DNA of 64,000 bases from Macrostomum hystrix (lineage: Eukaryota > Animalia > Platyhelminthes), in contig CATNEN010000039.1 of assembly GCA_950097015.1 (NCBI GenBank), positions 18,538,001 through 18,602,000 of the forward strand, written 5' to 3'. A program made the position numbers and the translations under genes. Position 1 is the first letter of the stretch; each line of letters opens with the position of its first letter. Positions 36,797 to 50,405 of the stretch are shown here, one piece after another. The notes under the pieces are model-generated. The model made no database searches. It was not told the DNA's origin and saw only the letters and a program-made list of their open reading frames with translations.

Positions 36797-37680
36797 TTGC
36801 AGGAGTCTAACATGGTTGCAGGAGTCGAATAGGGTTGCAGGAGTCTAACAGGGTGGCAGGAGTCTAACAGGGTTGCAGGAGTCGAATAGGGTTGCAGGAG
36901 TCTAACAGGGTGGCAGGAGTCTAACAGGGTTGCAGGTGTCTAACATGGTTGCAGGAGTCTAACAGGGTTGCAGGTGTCTAACATGGTTGCAGGAGTCTAA
37001 CATGGTTGCAGGAGTCTAACATGGTTGCAGGAGTCTAACATGGTTGCAGGAGTCTAACAGGGTTGCAGGAGTCTAATATGGTTGCAGGAGTCTAACATGG
37101 TTGCAGGAGTCTAACAGGGTTGCAGGTGTCTAACATGGTTGCAGGAGTCTAACAGGGTTGCAGGTGTCTAACATGGTTGCAGGAGTCTAACATGGTTGCA
37201 GGAGTCTAACATGGTTGCAGGAGTCTAACATGGTTGCAGGAGTCTAACAGGGTTGCAGGAGTCTAATATGGTTGCAGGAGTCTAACATGGTTGCAGGAGT
37301 CTAACAGGGTTGCAGGTGTCTAACAGGGTTGCAGGAGTCTAATATGGTTGCAGGAGTCTAACATGGTTGCAGGAGTCTAACATGGTTGCAGGAGTCTAAC
37401 ATGGTTGCAGGAGGTGTCTAAAAGGGTTGCAGGAGTCTAACAGGGTTGCAGGAGGTGTCTAACAGGGTTTCAGAAGTCTTATAGGGTTGCAGGAGTCTAA
37501 CAGGACTGCAGGAGTCTATCAGGACTGCAGGAGTCTAACAGGACTGCAGGAGTCTATCAGGACTGCAGGAGTCTAACAGGACTGCAGGAGTCTATCAGGA
37601 CTGCAGGAGTCTAACAGGACTGCAGGAGTCTATCAGGACTGCAGGAGTCTAACAGGACTGCAGGAGTCTATCAGGACTGT
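36797..37680. repeat. Minisatellite, 19-bp GCAGGAGTCTAACATGGTT
   Basis: Tandem units visible. Confidence 0.96.
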
Positions 37681-37790
37681 GCGTATTTAACAAGTTTGCA
37701 AGATTTTAATCATCTATCAGTTTTAACAGTTTTTCCACGTTATTATGACAGGTAAACTTACATGAGAACAAAAGAACAGCCAGTGGCCAA

Positions 37791-40700
37791 TCACAAACAC
37801 TTGACCATGTAAGGTCCCTCCAGCTGATAGCCCAGCCTGGCATAGTAATTCCTGGTGCCCACACCGGAGATCACTGCCAGCTTCGCGGCGCCGTGTTCAA
37901 CACGCGCGATTCTTTCGGCTTCCTCCATGAGCAGCTGGCCGAAGCCCTGGTGCTGAAATTTGGCCGGATCGCGGGCGCTGACTGGCACAGCGGCGCCGTA
38001 GACGTGCAATTCGCGCACAATGGACACACCGCCGCGCAGCTCCGGCCGGTGGACGGTGGCCTCCGAAGAGAGCCGGCGCAGGCGAAGCAGGCCGACCAGG
38101 ATGTCCTGGGTGGGATTAGGATTCGACTTGCTAGGCTAACAAGTTAATGATCCACCGTTATCTGTCTAATCTTTACCAGTTTCTACCCCATAATTTGTCT
38201 ACTTGTCTACACCCTAGCTGATCATCCTTCTGCCCCTAGCTGATCATCCTTCTGCCCCTAGCTGATCATCCTTCTGCCCCTAGCCGATCATCCTTCTGCC
38301 CCCTAGCTGATCATCCTTCTGCCCCTAGCTGATCATCCTTCTACCCCCTAGCTGATCATCCTTCTACCCCCCTAGCTGATCATCCTTCTGCCCCCTAGCT
38401 GATCATCCTTCTGCCCCTAGCTGATCATCCTTCTACCCCCCTAGCTGATCATCCTTCTACCCCCCTAGCTGATCATCCTTCTACCCGCCTAGCTGATCAT
38501 CCTTCTACCCCCCTAGCTGATCATCCTTCTACCCCCCTAGCTGATCATCCTTCTACCCCCTAGCTGATCATCCTTCTACCCGCCTAGCTGATCATCCTTC
38601 TGCCCCCTAGCAGTCCATTGCTTTTTGCACTCATACCATACCTGCTGTGGATCTTCATAGCTGAGAAAAGTCTCCCAGCCGCCGTTAGCTGCGTAGTCGC
38701 GTCGCAACAGTTCAACCTCATAGGGCCGGACGCGTCGATGAAGCTCCTGGACGCCGACCTCTCTGGTGCGCACGTCGCGACACTCGGTGCCTAAATCGCG
38801 CATTCGAGCTAGGGCCAGCTCGCGTAGATTGCCGTGCTCGACGCCCGAAGTAACCAGCGGCATGGGAATGTCACGCTGGACACGGTAGACTCGAGTCCAC
38901 GGGGGCACCTGAACGAAAAGTTCATAGGTACATGGCGGGATTGAGAGTTCTATATTGTTGCGTGGGCGGGCTTGAGAGTTCTATACTGTTGCGTGGGCAG
39001 GTTTGAGAGTTCTATACTGTTGCGTGGGCTGGCTTGAGAATCCTACACTGATTGCGTGGGCTGGCTTGAGAATCCGACACTGATTGCGTGGGCTGGCTTG
39101 AGAATCCGACACTGATTGCGTGGGCTGGCTTGAGAATCCTACACTGATTGCGTGGGCTGGCTTGAGAATCCTACACTGATTGCGTGGGCTGGCTTGAGAA
39201 TCCTACACTGATTGCGTGGGCTGGCTTGAGAATCCGACACTGATTGCGTGGGCTGGCTTGAGAATCCGACACTGATTGCGTGGGCTGGCTTGAGAATCCG
39301 ACACTGATTGCGTGGGCTGGCTTGAGAATCCTACACTGATTGCGTGGGCTGGCTTGAGAATCCTACACTGATTGCGTGGGCTGGCTTGAGAATCCTACAC
39401 TGATTGCGTGGGCTGGCTTGAGAATCCTACACTGATTGCGTGGACTGGCTTGAGAATCCGACACTGATTGCGTGGGCTGGCTTGAGAATCCTACACTGAT
39501 TGCGTGGGCTGGCTTGAGAATCCTACACTGATTGCGTGGGCGGGCTGGAGAATCCTACACTGATTGCGTGGACGGGCTTGAGAATCCTACACTGATTGCG
39601 TGGGCTGGCTTGAGAATCCTACACTGATTGCGTGGGCTGGCTTGAGAATCCTACACTGATTGCGTGGGCGGGCTGGAGAATCCTACACTGATTGCGTGGA
39701 CGGGCTTGAGAATCCTACACTGATTGCGTGGACTGGCTTGAGAATCCTACACTGATTGCGTGGGCTGGCTTGAGAATCCTACACTGATTGCGTGGCGGGC
39801 TTGAGAATCCTACACTGATTGCGTGGGCGGGCTGGAGAATCCTACACTGATTGCGTGGACGGGCTTGAGAATCCTACACTGATTGCGTGGACTGGCTTGA
39901 GAATCCTACACTGATTGCGTGGGCTGGCTTGAGAATCCTACACTGATTGCGTGGGCTGGCTTGAGAATCCTACACTGATTGCGTGGGCGGGCTTGAGAAT
40001 CCTACACTGATTGCGTGGGCGGGCTGGATAATGCTAAACGAGTGCCACGGAAACCCACCAGCGCCAGAATGCGAGCAATGAGATCCACAAGCTGATTGGC
40101 CGGATAGCTCTTGTATCGATCCGTGCGCCACAGTTCGTACAGGCCTGTGCCTCGAATCACTAGGGTGGGATAAATCTTTAATCCGTCCGGTCTGAAGTCG
40201 GGATTCTCGAAGAACTCGCGAAACTGTTCCATGTCGCGCTCATAGCCAACATTTGGCAGATCTGGCATCATGTGGGACACAACTTTGAAGCCGGCATCCT
40301 TGGACAATTGAAAGCTTTCGCAGACAGCTCGCACTGTGTGGCCTCTATTTGTGTCTCTGGCTACGTCTTCGTAAACACTTTGCACGCCGATCTCTAGACG
40401 GGTGCAACCGTAGCTGCGGGTCATTTCCATTAAAAATAACATGAAATTCGATAATAGATCGTTAAATTGTGTACACTACTTGCAGTAGGCAAACCCGGAC
40501 GTAAATCAATTTTTAAGCACCAGTTGGCCATATGTACAGGTGTTCAGTCCATGGACTGGCAGTTTTAAGTGAGTGGCACAGAGGCTAACGCGTCTGCCTC
40601 TCTCGTATTGAAGCTCTCGAGCTCGTTTCCGCGTCGAAACCACATTCATTTTGGGCGTAGCAGCGGAGAGAAGGCTTGGGGGGCTTGTTAAGCAAAATAG

Positions 40701-43005
40701 ATTCGAACCCCAGACCACTCGGTGACAAATACTCGCTACACAACTCACCCAAGCATATCTGACAGGTGCTTCCTAAGGCAATAATCCGGCCTAGTCTCAA
40801 TAGTGATGCCAATGCAGCGGGTTTTACTCCGCTCGGAATAGCGCACCGCCTCCTGGACGCTGGCGCTATGATGGCCGGACAGGGCGTCGTGCAGGTTTCG
40901 AATGAAATAGTCGCGATAGGATTCGGACAGGGCCATGAAGGTGCCGCCCATTACTATGAATTCCACTTTGTCCACGCTGTGGCCGAGCTCTTGAAGCTGC
41001 TCAATCTGATCAAAGTGGATTCGGGTAGAGAACAACATAGCTGCATGTTAGGATTCTCCTAGACTGCTGGATTTCTTCCCAAACCCTTGAACCCACTTCC
41101 CAATGTCTTGAACCCTCTTCCCAAACCCTTGCCTCTAAACCCTTTAAGTATGTTCTTAAACCCTTTAAGCCTGTTCCCAAATCCCTCAAGCCTGTTCCTA
41201 AATCCGTCAAGCCAGTTCCCAAATCCCTCAAGCCTGTTCCTAAATCCTTCAAGCCTGTTCCAAAATCCCACAAGCCTGTTCCCAAATCCCTCAAGCATGT
41301 TCCTGAATCCCTCAAGCATGTTCCTAAATCCGTCAAGCCTGTTCCCAAATCCCTCAAGTCTGTTCCTAAATCCTTCAAGTCTGTTCCTAAATCCTTCAAG
41401 CCTGTTCCTAAATCCGTCAAGCCTGTTCCTGAATCCCTCAAGCCTGTTCCCAAATCCGTCAAGCCTGTTCCTGAATCCCTCAAGCCTGTTCCCAAATCCT
41501 TCAAGCCTGTTCTTAAAGCCTTCAAGCCTGTTCCTAAATCCTTCAAGCCCTTTCCTAAACCCTACAAGCCTCTCACCCTGTGCCGCGTCTGCACGTAGGG
41601 ATTATAACGAGCCCTTATTGCTCGCATTGAGGTCGGCTCGTAGCCCGTATAGGACTGGGTGGAATATTCAAAGTCGCTATCCGGACCGCCCGGACAGTAG
41701 ACACAGATGTTGCCAGTCATAGCAATGTGAGGACACCTGTGCGGCTTGCACATCACGGCTACAACTGCGATGCCGCTGGCTGTGCGAATCGGCTTCGCCT
41801 TCAGCTTTGGCAACAGGCTGGATCTGTACTCGGCTGGCACTCCGGCAATGATGTCCACCAGCTTGGGCTGGGACGACAAGCCGTTGCGGCTGGATATGGC
41901 GTTCTTCAGCCTGCGGCGGGCGGTTGGTCAGTCACTCCGAATCATTTCAATCTGTCACTCTGACATCACACTGTCAGTCACTCCATCTTCACACTGTCAG
42001 TCACTCTAACTTCACACCGTCAGTCACTCTGATTTCACAGTCTGTCACTCTAACTTCACACCGTCAGTCACTCTAACTTCACACCGTCAGTCACTCTGAT
42101 TTCACAGTCTGTCACTCTAACTTTACACTGTCAGTCACTCTGATTTCACACTGTCTGTCACTCTAACTTCACACCGTCAGTCACTCTGATTTCACAGTCT
42201 GTCACTCTAACTTCACACCGTCAGTCACTCTAACTTCACACCGTCAGTCACTCTGATTTCACAGTCTGTCACTCTGAGTTCACAGTCTGTCACTCTAACT
42301 TTACACTGTCAGTCACTCTGATTTCACACTGTCTGTCACTCTAACTTCACACCGTCAGTCACTCTAACTTCACACCGTCAGTCACTCTGATTTCACAGTC
42401 TGTCACTCTGATTTCACAGTCTGTTACTCTAACTTTACACTGTCAGTCACTCTGATTTCACACTGTCTGTCACTCTAACTTCACACCATCAGTCACTCTG
42501 ATTTCACAGTCTGTCACTCTGATTTCACAGTCTGTCACTCTAACTTCACAGTCTGTCACTCTAACTTCACACTGTCAGTCACTCTGATTTCACACTGTCT
42601 GTCACTCTAACTTCACACCGTCAGTCACTCCATCTTCACACTGTCAGTCACTCTAACTTCACCCTGTCAGTCACTCCATAATCACACTGTTAGTCACTCT
42701 AACTTCACCCTGTCAGTCACTCCATAATCATACTGTTAGTCACTCCAAAATCACACTGTCAGTCACTCCATATCCCACTGTCAGTCACTCCATAATCACA
42801 CTGTCAGTCACTCTATAGTCACACTATGAGTCAATCTAAGTTAGCACCATTGCTCAGTCACTTCAGAAATTCAATTCTCAATAAAAACTCACTTGTTCAA
42901 ATCTACATCTTTGCCCTCCTTTTGCGACTGTATTAACACTTTGATAATCTCCGACACGGTCAGTGCCAGCAGTTCCTCTTTGCTGGCAGAAGGCTTGGAA
43001 GGCAT
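37791..43005 (-). CDS. ELP3: Elongator complex protein 3 (radical SAM + GNAT), 6 exons, 546 aa
   Basis: Exons 42893-43005, 41577-41910, 40749-41005, 40059-40413, 38642-38908, 37791-38105 (1641 nt, phases consistent). Motifs [76 protein letters not shown]. Confidence 0.98.
38210..38612. repeat. Minisatellite, 22-24-bp CCCTAGCTGATCATCCTTCTGCC
   Basis: ELP3 intron 5. Confidence 0.94.
38935..40028. repeat. Minisatellite, 32-bp GGCTTGAGAATCCTACACTGATTGCGTGGGCT
   Basis: ELP3 intron 4. Confidence 0.96.
40540..40690 (+). mobile_element. SINE fragments (short family B piece followed by family A head)
   Basis: TGTTCAGTCCATGGACTG, then GTGAGTGGCACAGAGGCTAACGCG...GCAGCGGAGAGAAGGCTTGGG. Confidence 0.7.
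41075..41570. repeat. Minisatellite, 21-bp CAAGCCTGTTCCTAAATCCCT
   Basis: ELP3 intron 2. Confidence 0.94.
41928..42830. repeat. Minisatellite, 21-23-bp CACTGTCAGTCACTCTAACTTCA
   Basis: ELP3 intron 1. Confidence 0.95.
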
Positions 43006-43440
43006 TCTAGTTTGCTGGTCTGTTAGTTAATCAAGATAGGCTTGTCTGAAAACAAACTTTAAATAGTAATTCATTTATTACTCACTACTCATAGTAAGAC
43101 ACAAGTATCTTCTGTTAAAAATCAAATTTAAAGAAATAAAGAAAGTAAAAGTTTAGTAAACGAAACTACAAAAAGAAAACCGAACGAGATTATTGTATTT
43201 CGTTGCTAGTTATTTCAAGGATTTTAAATGCGAACTAGAAAAATAACAATTAGAAAATATTTTTAGAAACAAATAAATACTAGCAAAATTGAGCATCTGA
43301 TCTGACCTGAGCTCAGAATAAAATAGAAAATTCATATTTTTAGGACAAGTATAATTTAAGGTATATTGTATTATTCAAATTGCCACCTAGCAAATGCACT
43401 GTGATACGCTACAAACATGATAGCTGATGCCGCTAGAATC

Positions 43441-46400
43441 TTAAGTACTGCTACAGCCTAGCGTTTGCATTTGAATCCTCGGGCGATTAATAGGGTACGG
43501 AGTCGATCTGGCGCGGGGTAGGCACCGCTGCCGCTGCTGCTGCTGCTGCTGGTGAATGATTGACAGAGGAGGAGGCACAGCAAATGACAACTGCGAATAC
43601 TGACCACAATGGATCGACGGATGGTCTGCAAAAAAAGACATTTGAAGGTATGTAATAGTAATCATAAGGTAAGAATACCCTGCCCTAGGCGATTCTCTAG
43701 GGTAGGAGAGGCGATTCTCTAGGGCAGGAAGTGGCGATTCTCTAGGGTAGGAGATGCGATTCTCTAGGGTAGGAAGAGGCGATTCTCTAGGGTAGGAAGA
43801 GGCGATTCTCTAGGGTAAGAGAGCCGATTCTCTAGGGTAGGAAGAGGCGATTCTCTAGGGTAAGAGATGCGATTCTCTAGGGTAGGAAGAGGCGATTCTC
43901 TAGGGCAAGAGAGGCGATTCTCTAGGGTAGGAAGAGGCGATTCTCTAGGGTAAGAGAGCCGATTCTCTAGGGTAGGAAGATGCGATTCTCTAGAGTAAGA
44001 GATGCGATTCTGTAGGGCAAGAGAGGCGATTCTCTAGGGTAGGAAGAGGCGATTCTCTAGGGTAGGAAGAGGCGATTCTCTAGGGTAAGAGATGCGATTC
44101 TCTAGGGTAGGAAGAGGCGATTCTCTAGGGCAAGAGAGGCGATTCTCTAGGGTAGGAAGAGGCGATTCTCTAGGGTAAGAGAGCCGATTCTCTAGGGTAG
44201 GAAGATGCGATTCTCTAGAGTAAGAGATGCGATTCTCTAGGGTAGGAGAGGCGATTCTCTAGGGTAGGAGAGGCGATTCTCTAGGGTAGGTAGAGGCGAA
44301 TTTCTCGGGTAGGAGAGGCGATTCTCTAGGGTAGGAGAGGCGATTCTCTAGGGTAGAAGAGGCGATTCTGTAGGGTTGGAAGAGAGGATTCTCTAGGGTA
44401 AGAGAGGCGATTCCCTAGGGTAGGAGAGGCGATTCTCTAGGGTAGAAGAGGCGATTCTGTAGGGTAAGAGATGCGATTCTCTAGGGTAGGAAGAGGCGAT
44501 TCTCTAGGGTAGGAAGAGGCGATTCTCTAGGGTAGGAGAGGCGATTCTCTAGGGTAGGAGAGGCGATTCTCTAGGGTAAGAGATGCGATTCTCTAGGGTA
44601 GGAAGAGGCGATTCTGTAGGGCAAGAGAGGCGATTCTCTAGGGTAGGAAGAGGCGATTCTCTAGGGTAGGAAGAGGCGATTCTCTAGGGTAAGAGATGCG
44701 ATTCTCTAGGGTAGGAAGAGGCGATTCTCTAGGGCAAGAGAGGCGATTCTCTAGGGTAGGAAGAGGCGATTCTCTAGGGTAGGAGAGGCGATTCTCTAGG
44801 GTAGAAGAGGCGATTCTGTAGGGTTGGAAGAGGCGATTCTCTAGGGTAAGAGAGCCGATTCTCTAGGGTAGGAAGAGGCGATTCTCTAGGGTAAGAGAGC
44901 CGATTCTCTAGGGTAGGAAGATGCGATTCTCTAGAGTAAGAGATGCGATTCTCTAGGGTAGGAGAGGCGATTCTCTAGGGTAGGAGAGGCGATTCTCTAG
45001 GGTAGGTAGAGGCGAATTTCTCGGGTAGGAGAGGCGATTCTCTAGGGTAGGAGAGGCGATTCTCTAGGGTAGAAGAGGCGATTCTGTAGGGTTGGAAGAG
45101 AGGATTCTCTAGGGTAAGAGAGGCGATTCCCTAGGGTAGGAGAGGCGATTCTCTAGGGTAGAAGAGGCGATTCTGTAGGGTAAGAGATGCGATTCTCTAG
45201 GGTAGGAAGAGGCGATTCTCTAGGGTAGGAAGAGGCGATTCTCTAGGGTAGGAGAGGCGATTCTCTAGGGTAGGAAGAGGCGATTCTCTATGTTAAGAGA
45301 GCCGATTCTCTAGGGTAGGAAGATGCGATTCTCTAGGGGCCCGCAGCCCTTCTGGGTGTATCATAATTATATGATCGATTATATGAATCCTTATTCGATT
45401 ATATGAATTAAAACGATCTCGCGTCAACCAACCAGAAGAGCAGTTCAAAGCCGATGTGGCTGTTACTGCGGTGGCAGCGGAGGCAGAAGCGTTGGCTGCT
45501 GCACAGTTAAGGCTTTGACGGACGGTACGTTGCCAACTGCAGCAGACGAAGGCGGCAGCCGTGGACAGAGCCAACGCGGCGGCGGCGGGTGCAAGTAGCA
45601 GGAACAGGACTTTTGATCTACTAAGCAGAGATTGCGCAGATGAATCGGCATCTCGCACCGTGCAGATTGTCCAACTGGCCCGACCGATGCTGGTAAATCG
45701 AATGCCGATGCGACCAGGAGACACATGCAGAAATGCGAGATTTGTAGAGTCCTGTCGAAGTGCGGAGATTACTGAATAAAGCGATTCTCTAGGGCAGATG
45801 AGGCGATTCTCTAGGGCAGAAGAGTCGATTCTCTAGGGTAGGATGAGGCAATTATCTAGGGTAGGAAGATGCGATTCTCTAGGGTAGGAGAGGCGATTCT
45901 CTAGGGTAGGAAGAGGCGATTCTCTAGGGTAGGAAGAGGCGATTCTCTAGGGTAGGATGAGGCGATTCTCTAGCGTAGGAGAGGCGATTCTCTAGCGTAG
46001 GAGAGGCGATTCCCTAGGGTAGAAAGAGGCGATTCCCTAGGGTAGGAAGAGGCAATCATCTAGGGTAGGAGAGGCGATTCTCTAGGGTAGGAAGAGGCGA
46101 TTCTCTAGGGTAGGAAGAGGCGATTCTCTAGGGTAAGAGATGCGATTCTCTAGGGTAGGAGAGGCGATTCTCTAGGGTAGGAAGAGGCGATTCTCTAGGG
46201 TAAGAGATGCGATTCTCTAGGGTAGGAAGAGGCGATTCTCTAGGGCAAGAGAGGCGATTCTCTAGGGTAGGAAGAGGCGATTCTCTAGGGTAGGAAGAGG
46301 CGATTCTCTAGGGTAGGAAGAGGCGATTCTCTAGGGTAAGAGATGCGATTCTCTAGGGTAGGAAGAGGCGATTCTCTAGGGCAAGAGAGGCGATTCTCTA

Positions 46401-49140
46401 GGGTAGGAAGAGGCGATTTTCTCGGGTAGGAGAGGCGATTCTCTAGGGTATGAGAGGCGATTCTCTAGGGTAGAAGAGGCGATTCTGTAGGGTTGGAAGA
46501 GAGGATTCTCTAGGGTAAGAGAGGTGATTCTCTATGGTAGGATGAGGCGATTCTCTAGGGTAGGATGAGGCGATTCTCTAGGGTAGGAGAGGCGATTCTC
46601 TAGGGTAGGATGAGGCGATTCTCTAGGGTAGGATGAGGCGATTCCCTAGGGTAGGAGAGGCGATTCTCTAGGGTAGGATGAGGCGATTCTCTTGTGGAGG
46701 AAGATGTTCAACTCGATCCATAACTTACATTGTTTGAGTGCCGACTGTAATACATTCTGTTGCCAAGTAAGCGTGGAAAAGCCACCGGAACGATATTAAC
46801 AATGGCATTGCTAGTTGATGCAGGCCTAGTAGACGGGGTCGCAATTGACCATAGCAACATACTGGCAGCCTTTTGCAGGTGACTTTCATCTAGCAGTTGG
46901 ACATTGTCAGCTTTGTCTGTGGCTTGACTGGAGATATACCTACTGCGACAACGATTTGAAAGCCAGGAGTACGCGGCTGTGGATGACTGAGGGATTAATC
47001 AAAGTAGGGAAAAACCTGGATAATCTAAAAAACAATCTTGAAAAAACTTGAAAATGAATGACCTTCTACAACCATTGTCCCCTTTATATCCGAGTAGATT
47101 GACTGAAACTCGTCAGTTACTGACTGAAGTTATTGAAGTTACTGAAGTTAATAACTATATTTCAATATGGTATTAATTTCACCCTTCTTAATATAAGACT
47201 ACACAATTTTCACGTTGTCAATATGATATTAGCACAATGTCAATTTACTAACACACCATGCAACTCTGCTGACTACCCAGTCAATACGCTATTACCACCA
47301 TTTCAATATGCTATTACCAACATCTCAATTTGATATTACCAGCATCTCCATCTGCTATAACTACCATGTCAATCTGTTATTACTAAATCGTCAATATGTT
47401 ATTACTAACATGTCAATCTGTTATTACTAACATGTCAATATGATATTACTAAAATGTCAATCTGTCATTACTAACATTTCAATCTGTTATTACTAACATT
47501 TCAATTTGTTATTACTAAAATATCAATATGTTATTACTAAAATGTCAATCTGTTATTACTAACTTGTCAATCTGCTATTACTAAAACGTCAATTTGTTAT
47601 TACTAACATGTCAATCTGCTATTACTAAAACGTCAATCTGGTATTACTAACATGTCAATCTGCTATTACTAAAACGTCAATCTGGTATTACTAAAATGTC
47701 AATCTGTTATTACAAAAATGTCAATCTGTTATTACTAAAACGTCAATCTTTTATTACTTAAATGTCAATCTGCTATTACTAAAACGTCAATCTGGTATTA
47801 ATAAAATATCAATCTGGTATTACTAAAATGTCAATCTGTTATTACTAACATGTCAATGTGTTATTACTAAAACGTCAATCTGTTATTAATAAAATGTCAA
47901 TCTGCTATTACTAAAATGTCAATCTGTTATTACTAAAATGTCAATCTGTTATTACTAAAATTACGTCAATCTGTTATTACTAAAATATCAATCTGTTATT
48001 ACTAACATGTCAATCTGCTATTACTAAAACGTCAATCTGGTATTACTAACATGTCAATCTGCTATTACTAAAACGTCAATCTGGTATTACTAAAATGTCA
48101 ATCTGTTATTACAAAAATGTCAATCTGTTATTACTAAAACGTCAATCTTTTATTACTTAAATGTCAATCTGCTATTACTAAAACGTCAATCTGGTATTAA
48201 TAAAATATCAATCTGGTATTACTAAAATGTCAATCTGTTATTACTAACATGTCAATGTGTTATTACTAAAACGTCAATCTGTTATTAATAAAATGTCAAT
48301 CTGCTATTACTAAAATGTCAATCTGTTATTACTAAAATGTCAATCTGTTATTACTAAAATTACGTCAATCTGTTATTACTAAAATATCAATCTGTTATTA
48401 CTAACATGTCAATCTGCTATTACTAAAACGTCAATCTGGTATTACTAACATGTCAATCTGCTATTACTAAAACGTCAATCTGGTATTACTAAAATGTCAA
48501 TCTGTTATTACAAAAATGTCAATCTGTTATTACTAAAACGTCAATCTTTTATTACTTAAATGTCAATCTGCTATTACTAAAACGTCAATCTGGTATTAAT
48601 AAAATATCAATCTGGTATTACTAAAATGTCAATCTGTTATTACTAACATGTCAATGTGTTATTACTAAAACGTCAATCTGTTATTAATAAAATGTCAATC
48701 TGCTATTACTAAAATGTCAATCTGTTATTACTAAAATGTCAATCTGTTATTACTAAAATTACGTCAATCTGTTATTACTAAAATATCAATCTGTTATTAC
48801 TAACATGTCAATCTGTTATTACTAAATTTTATATCTGTTGTTACTTAAATGTCAATCTGCTATTACTAAAATGTCAATTTGCTGTCATCCTTTTGTTAAT
48901 GCGCCAATTTCTCACCAACTGAGCATCGGCAATACCGTCTTTTGCATCCGCTGTAGGCAGCAGTTCTATATCGCGCCAATAAATCAATCGATAAAATCCG
49001 CTGACAGCCAGGCCAGCGTTAGAGAATGCCGGCATCCAGTACTGCCGACTGTGCTGAAGAGTAGTACCGCCTGCGTCCGGCTTGCACAGCGCTAAGCCCC
49101 ACTGACAGCACACAATTATCAGAGGCAAATAGTAAGGCAT
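43441..49140 (-). CDS. Unrecognised type I single-pass membrane protein, 4 exons, ~328 aa
   Basis: Exons 48916-49140, 46729-46986, 45433-45751, 43441-43625 join in frame (987 nt, GT-AG). Signal-like MPYYLPLIIVCCQWGLALC, TM-like VLFLLLAPAAAALALSTAAAFVCC, Ala- and Gln-rich tail. No family recognised. Confidence 0.7.
43685..46692. repeat. Minisatellite, 22-23-bp GGCGATTCTCTAGGGTAGGAAGA, same orientation in two consecutive introns (43685-45338 and 45780-46692)
   Basis: Tandem units on both sides of exon 45433-45751. Confidence 0.96.
47340..48880. repeat. AT-rich minisatellite, 22-bp TGTCAATCTGTTATTACTAAAA with 399-bp higher-order repeat
   Basis: Marker TTACGTCAAT at 47961, 48360 and 48759. Confidence 0.95.
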
Positions 49141-49329
49141 TGCTTGTAGAATTTTATAAACTAGAGCCTCTTATGACATTGTAAATTATTTTTGAAACTG
49201 AAAATGAGTATAATAAGAAATAGCTTATTTTGAAAACAATGATATCAAGTTAATATCAAGAAATACAAGTTAATCGGAATGAGGAGCAGTATGAGAATCT
49301 TATAACGAGTATGTGAGTAACGACCTTAA

Positions 49330-50405
49330 AACGATTTGGGAGAATCGAAATGACACGTTAAGGATCTGGGAGAATCGGAATGATTCGATGAGGATCTGGG
49401 AGAATCGGAATGATTCGTTGAGGATTTGGGAGAATCGGAATGATTCGATGAGGATCTAGGAGAATCGGAATGATTCGATGAGGATCTGGGAGAATCGAAA
49501 TGACACGTTAGGGATCTGGGAGAATCGGAATGATTCGATGAGGATCTGGGAGAATCGGAATGATATGTTGAGGATTTGGGAGAATCGTAATGATTCGTTG
49601 AGGATTTGGGAGAATCGGAATGATTCGATGAGGATCTAGGAGAATCGGAATGATTCGATGAGGATCTGGGAGAATCGGAATGATATGTTGAGGATTTGGG
49701 AGAATCGGAATGATTCGATGGGGATCTGGGAGAATCGGAATGATTCGATGAGGATCTTGGAGAATCGGAATGATTCGATGAGGATCTGGGAGAATCGGAA
49801 TGATATGTTGAGGATTTGGGAGAATCGGAATGATTCAATGAGGATCTAGGAGAATCGGAATGATTCGATGAGGATCTGGGAGAATCGGAATGATACGTTG
49901 AGGATTTGGGAGAATCGGAATGATTCGAAGAGGATCTGGGAAAATCGGAATGATTCGATGAGGATCTGGGAGAATCGGAATGATTCGATGAGGATCTTGG
50001 AGAATCGGAATGATTCGATGAGGATCTGGAAGAATCGGAATGATATGTTGAGGATTTGGTAAAATCGGAATTATTCGAGGAGGATCTGGGAGAATCGGAA
50101 TGATTCAATGAGGATCTGGGAGAATCGGAATGATTCGATGAGGATCTGGGAGAATCGGAATGATTCGATGAGGATCTGGGAGAATCGGAATGATTCGATG
50201 AGGATCTGGGAGAATCGAAATTATTCGATGAGGATCTGGGAGAATCGGAATGATTCGATGAGGATCTATAGGAGAATCGGAATGATTCGATGAGGATCTA
50301 GGAGAATCGGAATGGTTCGATGAGGATCTGGGAGAATCGGAATGATTCGATGAGGATCTAGGAGAATCGGAATGATTCGATGAGGATCTGGGAGAATCGG
50401 AATCA
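49330..50405. repeat. Minisatellite, 30-bp GAGGATCTGGGAGAATCGGAATGATTCGAT
   Basis: Tandem units visible. Confidence 0.96.

Noticed and set aside
37893-38147. Antisense ORFs overlapping ELP3, YBX, TCF and GPCR exons
   Set aside because: Expected shadow frames of GC-rich coding exons with no independent support.
45752-45771. Upstream acceptor TTTATTCAG at 45772 for the orphan gene
   Set aside because: It gives an immediate TAA in the phase required by the previous exon; the acceptor at 45752 keeps the frame.
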